From assembly GCA_963920595.1 (NCBI GenBank), contig OY986950.1:5084001-5148000 (forward strand): a stretch of DNA of 64,000 nt, read 5' to 3'. The stretch comes from Eimeria praecox. Its lineage: Eukaryota. This document shows positions 26,201 through 38,200 of this stretch, one piece after another. A model generated the notes under the pieces. That model made no database searches and was not told the DNA's origin. It saw nothing but the letters and a program-made list of their open reading frames with translations. The position numbers were made by a program, and so were the translations under genes. The stretch's first letter is position 1, and each line of letters opens with the position of its first letter.

Positions 26201-29200
26201 TTTTGTTAGCTACAGTTCGTTCTGCCCCTTGGGGGTTGCAACTGCGTAAGTCTTTTGGTTGGCGCCTTGAGCAGCTCTTTTTGGTCCTAGAACATTAGCA
26301 AAAAAGCCGTACTTGAAAAGCTGTTGTAGCTCACGGGTGTTATGATGAACTGTCTCCCCCGGTGGAACCAAACTGTAGCTTGCTTAGAGAAGGCCCTTTT
26401 AATCTCAAGCACCAGCATAAGTTAGTTCGCCCTCACAACCATGTTTTCTATTTTCGACTGAAGTTGATGTGGAAACAATCGTACACTGTGTGGGGCTCCA
26501 CTTCGCCAGGCGGTGAGATCGGCACCTGAATACAATTGATATTTCAACAAAAGGCTCACCATCCATCCTGGAAGAAGCGAACACAGTCTTGTGTTCGTAG
26601 GATTGAACACGTGCCGAAGTGTGGCATGCGGGCGCGAGACGTTGGACACAAGTCAGCATCTCCTGTCATCGGGCATTCTGTCGGATGAGATGGTATAGCG
26701 GGCTATCCAAGCCCCCCTTTCCATGCTCTTGTCCTTGCGCATTCTAGAAGATGATTGAGCTACGGGCTTGCAATAAGGAGTCATCGAAGTTTCATGTGCA
26801 AGTTCTGACTAAAGCTGAATACAAATGAGGGCACGATGGACTCACAGCATAGCAAATCCCTTGACACCAAAGGAATGCACTTATGCAACGGCCAACTATT
26901 GGAGCTCAGCGAGTCTAAAACATTCTTGGGAGGGCCGGAAAAAGCCTCGAGAAACGTACTGCCTAGCGGAAGACCATTTTACGCCTCTTGTGGAAAGGCT
27001 GCGCCTACTCCCTCAAGATGCGTACCTCTGGGGGGTGAAGAGGTTAGTGAAAAATCATTAGCGCTAAGCATTGCGGCGCAACGTTACCCGGTTGTGTGTT
27101 GCATCTTTGGGGCTGATGGGCCCGCAGTATGTCCAGCACAGATGAGCCAATGAAGGCTTTTCGGGCAGCGAGCATGCACTTGCGCAGGTAGAGCATAGAG
27201 AACGTGGAGGAGAACCGAACTTTGCTGTAGCGGTATCACACATACTTCGCGTGCCTGTGATATGGTGACGCAATACCTTTGTGGTTGCCACTTATAATGC
27301 CTACTGTGGATCTGCAATAGAACGAGGAAGCAGGCTGCGCAGAAGCAGCCTCGCGCGCAGGAAACTATGGCATGAAAGGCCAGCATAAAAGGTCAACTTA
27401 GCATTGACTTGCAAGTGTGGAAGGCTTTAGCGAAGAGCGCAGGCATTGTGTACGGTCTGACGGTGGTGACCGTGGTGGTGACCGCATGCGATGTTAAGAG
27501 GTGGAGTGCCGTAATAGTTTAAAGCCTTGATTTCTACAGCTAGAGGTTGTATCGTCTGCAACGGCCCTTTCACTAGCGCGTGAGAGCTGGCGTCTGCATA
27601 AATCGAATTTGGCGTGGCCCAGCCCATAAATGCGGCCGCGGGTGTAATAAGGAAGAAGGTTGAACGTGGGTATTCAGGCGGTAAGCACATATCGAATCAA
27701 TCACACAAAGCCTAGTGCTTCAAGGAGTTGCCGAGACCAAATAGCCTTATCTAAGGAGAATTGGCTGCGTTGGATTGTGATCTCTGGGAGTCCCAAGCGG
27801 CGGACAGAGCGGTGGGCAGGTTCAGGAGCGGCGTTCCCAGGCGGTTGTTGACGCTCCTTACTTGGGGGTGCATTTTTTCTTGCTTTGATGAATGCCGTTC
27901 GCGCGTCGTCAACGCAACGACGGATTTTCACTGAGTGCACGCTGGCCTACTGAAGCCTCACAATCCAGGCAGTAGGCTTGAGCCCAAATTAGCGTGGATC
28001 GAAAGGGATACGGCAGCAAAATAGAAAGCGCACTTTCCCACTTAACGACTGGTAAAGCTGAAACAGGTTCACATTCGCAAGCCTTTGCAGTGTATGGGGC
28101 AGCTTCCCACTAAAGACTCTAGGTACGTTGTTGTCGGAGTGATGATTAGTTCCGCCACAAGCGAAATGGGCAAGGCCACTGATTCGACACCGGAAGTGCA
28201 TGGCTGGCGGGTGCAAACCAGGCAACATTATGATGAGGCCCGTGAATAACATGAAAAAGGCTGTACGCGCTTTCTATTCATTGTGTTCAGGCACACTTCT
28301 ATTGGGGACAATAAGTACGTGGAGGAAATTCCAAGATTTAAACGCTAGTGTTGCCGCAATGCAACGACAAGTTGTAGCCCACTGCACATGCAGGGCCTTC
28401 CGAGTCCGTCGATTTTTAACTGTCGTTGGCTATCACCTTGCCTGTGTCTTGACCAGTGAAGTCGAGAGGGCGGAACTATAAAATATGATGTGAGGGATCC
28501 AATTCGGGATAGAGCGGTGCGCCAGAGAGTATGATTGGTCCCTAAGGGCAGTTTGGTAGCTTCAATGCAGTTTAGATATCTAGCGTCAATGCAGTTAAGA
28601 TATCCCATGATCTTTTGCATTGCCTTAGCCTGCAGAGAATACAGGAACCATGCCAAAGATTTGCATGCATAAAGATGTTGTTGTGCCGCTGCGCCCTTTT
28701 GCCCAGGTGAAACCTGTGTAAAAGGTAGAGGCATTGTCCTTAGCAGATCCGCATGGGCGCATTCTAAGCAACCAAATATCATGCTTCAGGAAGTACGAGC
28801 AACTCCTTGTGTCTAAACTCCTGAATGACACCCTGCTTTGAGGAGTAGAGCTGCAGTCTGGGCGTATGAGAGTGACGTGCTCTAGGCGGTAAGTTTTGAA
28901 AGTAAACTACAACGTGAAGCGTTTATCAGGCCCTCGTTGCAGTTGGAGCAAATCCTTAGCCAACCGCTCCTATAGGGGCTCACAAAGTAGGGTTCTTTGA
29001 GTGTAAAACCGGTAGAATGTTGGGATATATAGTGTGCTTTTATTGAACCAGGAACGTTTCGACGGAGGGTGCTTGCCTGAACCTACTGTTCGTGTGCAGA
29101 GGACTGTTCATTGCTTGCAAGGATGGCAAGCCTGTACGGAGTTCACATGTTGGGTTGTGCTATGCATCAGCGAGTGCGCTTGGTTTCCACGCCAGAATGA

Positions 29201-32200
29201 GCAGAGTCCGATGCCGAAGGTCTTGTGCACTATCATGTGTTTCGTGCTGCCCAGGAGGAAGCTTAGACTTGGATCACACTGTGACGCAACGTTGGCATGA
29301 GGCATAACGGCGTTGTTCCACCTTTTAGGCAGGGCATCTTTTGGCCTTATTCCTTCTGGAATATAATCTGTTTCTCACATGCTATCGCTTGCATATTCGA
29401 AAGCATCAGCCACGCTGAACCAGAAAGTAAGCAGAAGAAAGGAAAGGGCGCATACGGGGGAAACGCTTCTTCACATATCCATGAATCGACTGGCGCTGCC
29501 ATATTTCGTTGTCTGCTGGAGTCGCATGCATCAGGCAGTGCGTTTGGATTTAATTCTTTGCGCACGAACAGTTTCTATGGGGCAAAACGGGCAACGGCAT
29601 GCATTTCTGTCATTATGCTGCGACTTTGCACTGTTTCTGAAAAAAAATCTGAATTGAGATCCCTATACAGCTTTTAGCATAGCCGTGCTTTGAACCGTTT
29701 GCAAAAGACTAAACGCGATGGCTATTGGGGAGCATAGACTTCAGTGAATTGTCATACTCAAGGATGTAGATTGCTGTGCCAAGAGGTCTCAAAATCACTG
29801 CTTATGTGTCTCTTCACCTTTTTCAAGAATACACAGCCGCATACGAAGCGTCCTTGAATTGATTTGTGCACGCTGATGAGGGTGCTGGGCGTATGCTTTG
29901 CTAAGGTTCATGATTTGCAAGGGCTATTGTAGTGGCTGTTGCATCTACAGGTTTCATTCAACGCGCCTCACGGGGGCTCCTGCGCCTCGTGAAGCTCATT
30001 TCCGTATATGCGGCAAACATGAATTTTCCTTCTCACCATTTTGTTCTTTCAAGCATTACAGCTTTCCATGGTGCCGTTGATGGCTATCTAGCACCGTTTA
30101 CGGCATGCATAGGCGTCTCATGAGTAGCACGTGCGCCTGGACTGCGCGAGATGGCGTGTTGGATATTCATGAACTATGCTAGAACTGCATTGTTTTCAAC
30201 AGGCTGTGCGTGTGTTCCCTAGGCGTATGACAGCCGTTCAGTAGTAGGATTACGCTAATTGTACTAGAAGCGGCGAACCAGTGTTGGGATGCCTTAATCG
30301 CTCAAACGGCCGCGCCCTTGGCGGATCCTCCGGCAACTACTGGTACTGTTTATAGTCGGAATCGCATGGGCCATGACAACTACACTGAATGCCTGTCTGC
30401 GCGTAGCTTTTTGCGGACGTCTGGTGCACAGTTTATGGAACAGAGACAACCGCATTTACCAGGAAGTACGGGTGGCCTTTGGCTTGCGCATATAGCTGAG
30501 GAATAGGGATAAGAGTGTGCAGACTGATTCTGAGCACGTAGAAGTACAGGAACGCCATGTTTATGGCAGGCGGTAAGCCGGAAACCCAGCCAGCTCATGT
30601 TTATAGCGCTGCATATAGTCCAGAGCAGTGAACCTTTTAGTGGGCGCATAATACTGTCAGGGAACAAAGAGCACGGAGATAGGCTTAGCCGCCTGCCGAC
30701 TCACTACCTTCCTATCAGTCAGCGTCACCTTTTGTTCCGCTGAAGAGCAAATAAGTTTCGTTTCTACCAGCTAAGCTGCACTCGCGAGAGTGGCATACGA
30801 CCGGTGGGCTTGGTGGACCAGGCAGTACGGTTGATGCATAGTGCACGCCTTTGGGAGCAGTACAGTATGCAGGCAAAACTTCGGTGCCGTTCTGTCGGTG
30901 TGCCGAGGTGCCACAGTGCACCGAGCATGAGCAACGGAGGATGGAAATTAGTTAAGGAGCTTTAGGGTCACAATACTTGGGAGCTTTGCTGGCTATCTTG
31001 GGTGTGTGGTGCGTCTCATGAAGCTGGGTTCCGTCATGCGCAAAAATAATGGGAAGGCATTATACTACGTAGGCGGTGAGCTTGTTTCGAGGACAGCTTT
31101 GCTTTCAGACACCTTAAACATCTAGCCCCTTGCAGCTCAGCAGTGGTATCAATTCGCGTCAGGCATGCTGCAGGAAGCGGTATCACCCAGTATAAGAAGA
31201 AGTAGCGCTGCGCCATACACGCATGCCATTCACTTCGGTCCGTCATGGACACCAGCACCAGTTGTTCGCTCTCACGTTCAGTGTATGCTGCGCGAATTCA
31301 GGTTACACTTCCTGAGCGGCAGTGATCTGTGCCAGGATGAGATCGTCGTGCATCAGCAAGTACGCATGAACTCGGCAACACATGCAAGCGTGAACTCGTA
31401 AGTGAAGTAAGGCAACCGAAGACGAGCTGGTGATAGTGAACTTTGGCTTGTGGCGATTGCTTGCGGCTGCATGCGTTAGACAGTACGCTGTATCTCAAGC
31501 CCACCCCAACAATTTGTAGCATGTGTCTCCCGTGTGTTTCAGTAGAACATTCCCTTTGAACCATTGCTCTTGACGATTGGCAGCCAGTGCGCCAGGTGTC
31601 TGAATCGCCTGCGTTAGCATAGCACGGGTAGGGGAAGGCGTATACTTTCAATTCCACTACTGGGATCGCAGAGGTGTGCTTATCGCCAGTACAAAATGAC
31701 TCTGCGTTCTGGGCAACTTGTGGAACTTCCCTAGCATTAAACGTATGCTTGTATTGCTGTCTAACAAATCCTAGCAGGGACGTTCGCGGTGATGGGGGTG
31801 TATCAAGCAGTGTGGCGCTGAGACTGGTAACGTGTGTTTGGGCACTGCGTGGTTGTGGCTTATTAGATAGTATGCTCGATATCTAAAAGATAGATGTGAG
31901 CAATGTTAGGAAAGCATTCATCGACGGATAGCACCAGTCCAGGACAGCAATAAGAAAGTGACGGCCTAGCATTATCCACACCTATAATTCTTAGTGCTTT
32001 GTGTTTGGTTTCTTTGGTGGACGTAAAGTGCGGGTGACCATTGGCTGATCAGTAAGACCCTGACGATGACTTTAGTAGCGGTAAAAAGGTGGATTGGACC
32101 AGCGAGTAAGCAACAGCTGGGCCGCCTACAGGCCATGCCGTGTTGGTAGTTGGCACAGCATAGAGCAGGCATCCACCTCTGTAGGCGCATATGCTGCACG

Positions 32201-35200
32201 CTTACGACGCAAGCTCTTCGCCTCCAAAGCGTTGCCATACCTTGGCGGCCGCTCGCAACCGCGTTTGTATCCTTGTGGGTCATTGCAGGGCGGCATGCTG
32301 CCACGTAATGCGGTGGAAATGAACTTTCATGAATCAGGAGGTAAGCGAATTTGGTAGATAACTTGCACAAGATATGAATGGAAGCCCCTATCAATACTTC
32401 TGGCTCCCGGCCTATGCAAGGGGAACAGGCGAAAATAGATAGTCGCACCTTGCACGCTAAAACTAAGCTGCAATGGTTTTATAATTGGGCTTTTCCTATG
32501 AACTGCTACGTCCGCGCTGTGGGAGGTGAAGCAGGCTGAGTGTGCTTCCATGACACCTCTACCGGATCGCCATATATCAGCAAGTATGATCAGCTTTTTG
32601 GCCAGCCAAGCGGGCAGCTGAAAGGCAGGTGCAATCCGTTGAGTTTCCAGACGATGTGCAAGATTATTGCAGCGTTCATGCCCTTTGGCCGGCTCTTTCA
32701 AGGGCTGCACTCACCCTTAGAGAATTCTTCCTTCATTCGTCGAAAGTGTAGATAGCAGACGTGCTCTTGGCAGTGTAATGGCGGCGCAAGTGCACTTTTT
32801 AACAGGCAGTGCGACTTTAACAAAGCCTGCAATGCTGCTGCCGTTGCACGGCTCAAGGAACTGCTTAACCATTCTTTCTCGCTCCCCAAACCGCTGCACA
32901 TACTTTTTCATTCAGGAGGACAAGTTTCTTAGCAGCTGTTTATGGGAGCGTTGCCAGGAAACGCAGATGAGCCGTCGCTGGATCCTGCGATTCGCAGTGA
33001 ATCGGGCATACTTGCAGGTGATCTGGGCGTGAAGGATTCCGAGGCGGATGCGCATTGTGAAGCCTTCACCGCGATGTGCATCAGCTAGTACGAGCGCAAT
33101 CATTGTGCCTTAGCATGCATGCGCCTGTTGTGCTTGCCGAGACACTTTAATCAGTTTCCCAGCCGAGGCGGAAAGCGGAAGCAGTGCTGTTACTACACCG
33201 GTGCAAACGCGCTACGGTTTTTGTTTACTATTAGTGTCCTGATAATGCATATAAATGAGCGCAACTTGTGGTTATTTTAAGACTGCAATACATTAGACAG
33301 TGAGCTGACTTCCACACTACCTATTTACACCTTGGTCCAGTTTTAGTTCGACGCATCCAGGCCTTCGCATACTTTTACAAAGGCGTCGAATCGCTTCTGC
33401 ATATAACCCAAGTAGTGGGTGCCTCCTAAGGAAAGCCAGCACTGAAACCCAACAACGCAGGCCACTTGCAGTGCTCGCCAAAGCAGAGCATTTGCGTGCA
33501 ATATAGAAAAGGAGCACTGTTGCACACTAGTACGTATGTTGGAGCCATTTTCCTCGTCCGTGGCAGAGAGGCACCTGAGAAACTAGCGGTGGCTGCTATT
33601 TTACCGAAGGCTCCGAGTCTAACAAGCTTTAAACGAGCATAGCGCATAACAAGCAAACCAATTCCTGCAGGAGTTTTAACTGAATATCTTGGGGAAGGGG
33701 AGCGCAGGACCATTCATGGAGAGGGCTGAGAAGTAAGACGATGCGAGGGCAGTGAAAGCATGTAATATATAAGCAAGTGAGCTTGGTATCTGGAATATGC
33801 CAACGACCGAAGGTTCAGACATCACATAAGTACTGGGCTTTTTTCTTCAGGCATACACCGATATTGATGCCTATATGTGCGAGGAGCGCTCTATTTCTTT
33901 TGCGTCAAGCAGAAACGGCATACAGCGTAAAATAATCGGATGACTGCCGGTCGTGTGCGTTTGTGGAGTGGCGTTCCCTGCAAAACCGTGTGGGCGACAG
34001 GGGACGAGAGACACGTGAAGTGGCAAACATCGGATGGTACGCAGAACTTTTTATATAGGTGAGCAGGCATCTTTTAAGGCACATCTAAGTGGATGGCGTT
34101 CCAGCTCGTATGTACATTCGTGCCTTCAGCAATAGAACCATGGGATAAGGGTGACCTGCAAAATGAATGCAGTTCTTTTTAGAACACGAAAACGCGATAC
34201 TTGGTTCTTGCAGGCGGCTGCTACTCCCATTAGAGTGCTGCTATGCTCGCTGACTAGCCGCCGCACCCAGTTTTTACAACCGTATATAGGCTAAATAGTG
34301 GTGAACAGGGGTACTATAGGGAGGAAAGGGTCTCATGTACAAGGCAGTACGACTGATCTCTTGAGTGTATGCACAAGGCACCTGGCAAACATTTCTTGCT
34401 GACCCAAATAATATTTAGAGCTTTGAGAAGCATCCGTTTGGTGGGCAGGCATATTTTAAATGCATAGGCCTGTATATAATTGGGCGCTCACAGATTCAGT
34501 TCCAGGCCATTTTCTTTAGAGGAATCCTGCCGGACATATGCTGAGAACATTTTTCCTTTTGTGGCCACGCAGTTGCAGCTGCGTTCAAGTGGTTCACTTT
34601 GGCATGCAATGCCTCGGTAGGCTGCAAAAGCTTTTGGCACTATGGACGATGCACGCATTAGGCAGTAAGCGCCAGTTGAACCGTAGGACGTTTGGACGCT
34701 TGGCAACACGAAAAACAATATGACCGCTGGCGAGTGTTGACAGCACATAGCGAAGTGAGGATGTTTGAGTGGTGCCGCAGGGCAGGCGAAAAGGATGCAG
34801 CTAACATGTTGCTCCTTTCAAGACACGCGTAACATTCACCCAGTAAATCCATTATATACCACGAACTAGGCAGTACGCTTGATCTATTGGTAGAGCAGTT
34901 GAGGAGTATGAATGAGGCAGCTGACATGTTTGCTTCTTTCCAGTTGCTAGTGTGAGAGCGTTTTGCTCGTTTGACAATGAGTGGCGCGCAGTTCGGCGCC
35001 TGCTGCCTTCTATCCTAGGTAGCGGCTATTTCTGCCAGCTTGGGAGTGTTTTACGTTCCGACAGGGTATGGCGTGTGAGTTTAGCGCACGATACGTGGAG
35101 CAGAAAGTGGGCTTGAACGCCAAACAGCCAAGGCGAACAGCCATGCAAAGTGCCTAGGATATACCACAGTTTTCAACGCAACCCTAGCTCCCGATCAAAC

Positions 35201-38200
35201 AGGTTGCAACTGCCACGCCTTTTGTTTGTTAAAAGCGCGTGTTCAACGGTGCCTTTGATTCCTAGCAGATGCTTTGTAACGCAAGGCCCGAGCGAATGCG
35301 GGCACAGAAAAATTCACCCTCATGAATCCTCCGAGTACTCTTAGGACGAGCACAAGCAATTCTTTGAGATAACTGGAGGAGGTTTTGCGATAGGCAGTAC
35401 GAAGGGCCTCTGGATCATGCACTCCAAGACTGCTTCATTAATGGGAGATGGAGCGGCGGTGTGAGCCCGGGAGGCCATTACTTTGTATTGCAGGAGCTTG
35501 ACTGCATGCTGTGAGCGCAAATGCACCTTTGCGTTTTCATGTTTACTCTTTCGTTTCCTAGAGACGCCACCCTATGATATTTCTCCCCTCGTTTTCTTTC
35601 ACTCTGTCGGGAACCTCTGGCACACGGATGCGGAGCCGCTGACACACGAAACGCCAATGCGCACCGTTGCTGTTCCATATCCACATACATCAGATGGTGC
35701 GTTTTATATTCATGCTTAATGGAAACGATTGTGCGAAAATAATGGCGGGTTTCTTGAGTTGTGCCCATAGTATGCTTGCATTCCCTCTCGCAACAAGGAG
35801 GGATATCGCATTGTTTCAAGAAAATGATCCTGGAGCGTCGACCGCAGTATGTCTGTTTGTGGGGGGTGCTCCATCTGGGTTCGGTACAGCAAGTGTGTAG
35901 CAAAGTGTCGCGGCTGCTCAGCACTGAGCAGAAATGCATGCTGGGGGCGTAAGAGGGTCAACTGACAAAACGCACGCCTGATGCATGGCATCAACAAACT
36001 GGCGCGCTTCTAGGAATACTGAAGAACTCCTCTATTTTTCAAATGCATTATGGTAGCGTTAAGCTGTGTTCAGCGTGGGAGAGAAAAGGATGCGCCGCGT
36101 TAAATGGCTGATGTTTGATTTCCAGTAGGGTAGGTGCGGGCAGCAGACGCATCGCTGATGGTTAATTCGAAACAATACTTCCCACGAAAGGAAGTATGGC
36201 AAAAACATAGTTGGAGTTTTACTTGTGTGCATGGTGTTCACGACGCGCACCCTTGAAGGATCTCGAAGGCTTCACTCTACTGGCACTTTATTACAAATGT
36301 TTACCTCCAGTGCCCTCAGTACGGGTTCGTCATTGTGCGCAAAGACAATGCTGTGATTCGGTTCCGAGGAGCTGGAAAGTAGAGTAGCTTTTCGGGATAC
36401 AGTCAGTTAGCTGTATCCTGCTTATTATTGTGGACGGATGGCATATGGATGAAGTGTTAGCTCTTGGCGTGGCGGAGATTCTATGAAATAGGCAGTACGA
36501 TTAGCCTGCCGGGTTTGTGTTCCTGCAGTGCCTTGCAATTAAGCCAAAGCCCCTTTGCATTTCGCTTCGCGCATCTCAGCTTACGTTTGCATACTGCATA
36601 CTGGTTTGTGTAGATTGGCAGTGAGTAAACAAAAGTGTTTCGGCATGTCGAAGAAAAGCCTTTCCAGTGAATTGTCTAGTAATAGCGCATGGTACAGGTT
36701 TATTTTGAAATGTGAACCAGTCTGGGCTACGTGGGTGAAGAGAATACATGCAGAAGAAGATTTCTGAATTCCCTTTCCCCAGGTAGTATGCTGGATGCTT
36801 AAGCCCTCGTGCAGGATTGTGTCAATCTAGATAGCTGTCAAAAAATACAAGCGGGAGCTAAGCCAGTATTGAAATGGTATCCCTTTGCCTCCAAGCCAGG
36901 GAGGTCCAACATGCCTTACCATGGTGTTCTAAGACACGCAGGATACCCTAGCCCCCGAGTGCCTCGGGCTTCTTCTTCAACAGTTGGAATGAGTGACCGA
37001 CGCAAACGGCAAACACGCACGGTGTATAGGGCTTCCGAATTGGAGCTTGGGAAATGCAGGCTGCGTCAAGCTGGAGCGCCTTCAAATCGTTGCTCTCCGT
37101 CAATAGGGCGGTTCCAACCCTTGCTGTTAATTGCAACTCTTATAACGGCTTCTTGCTTTAGAAAGGGCCTGATTAGCGAATTCGTAAGTAATACATGGAA
37201 ACCAGACTTTAGTAAAACTGAACGACTCTGCCATGCAACAGGACGTGCGCTCGGTTTCTAGCTTTCGGTATATGCGCCAGTGCTAGACTGCATGCTTCCA
37301 GCGAAGGGAGAAAACCAAGTGTGACCTACTGGAAGTAAAACTACTGCTTCCCTAGCCAGCGTCGATAGTTGTGTTTCAGGCCGTGCGCGTGATATACCCA
37401 ACTTAAATGAACTGCAGCTCGAATATGGAAAAATTGTTGTTTTCTCGTCAGCGTATGACTACACCGATGAAACGAACGGGTCGAAACGATCAAACTGCGG
37501 AAGTAAAATTGCTTTTGTTGAAACGGATACTGCGTCCCCGTTTGGTACAGGAAGTGTGTGGCAAAGCGGTGTGGCTGGTCAGCACTGCGCGGAGGTGAAT
37601 AGTAGGGATGCGAGAGTGTGATGCGCTAAAGTAGGCAGCTGAATTTTGAAACATTTAGCATAGCAGGCGTGTACAGCAACGGAAAGCTCATGTGGCCTTC
37701 AGTCACCATTTAGGCGGGGTGTGAGGCTGTTCAATATATGGAGTCAAGAGGCCGAGGAGACGAAGGGGCCGACGTCAATGTGAACACTGGCGATGCTCTT
37801 GCAGGAGGTACGCTATGGTGGGGAGCACCGCCGCGAAATGAATAGGAAAGCTACGCGCCGTCAGGTAGAGACATTACTCTACACTGTATTTGCAGTAATT
37901 TGTCGCTAGCTAAATGCTTGCCCAACTGAAAGGAAGAGGGGATGTAGATGTTCGCGATTTGGGAGTGAGCAATACGCTGTACGGCCAATATCTAGGCTGG
38001 TATAACCAGAAGGAAACCAAGAATCTGCAGGAGAGACGCGGCGCAGCGCAAATGCGTTCTAGGGTCCCTATGGGATATGAAAGTGCTGCAGCTAGGAAGC
38101 ATGCGCTGTTGCCAACTAGCTTTGCATTTCGCCGCGCTGAAAGGGACCGCCTTTGGAGGCAATTCGAGAATGTCCTTCTAGACTAAAATCGGATTACCCT

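Noticed and set aside
28662..28669. TGCATGCA octamers (also near 38724, 46427, 47627, 51447) as promoter elements
   Set aside because: A common word in coccidian non-coding DNA and not clustered here; used only as a weak taxonomic hint.
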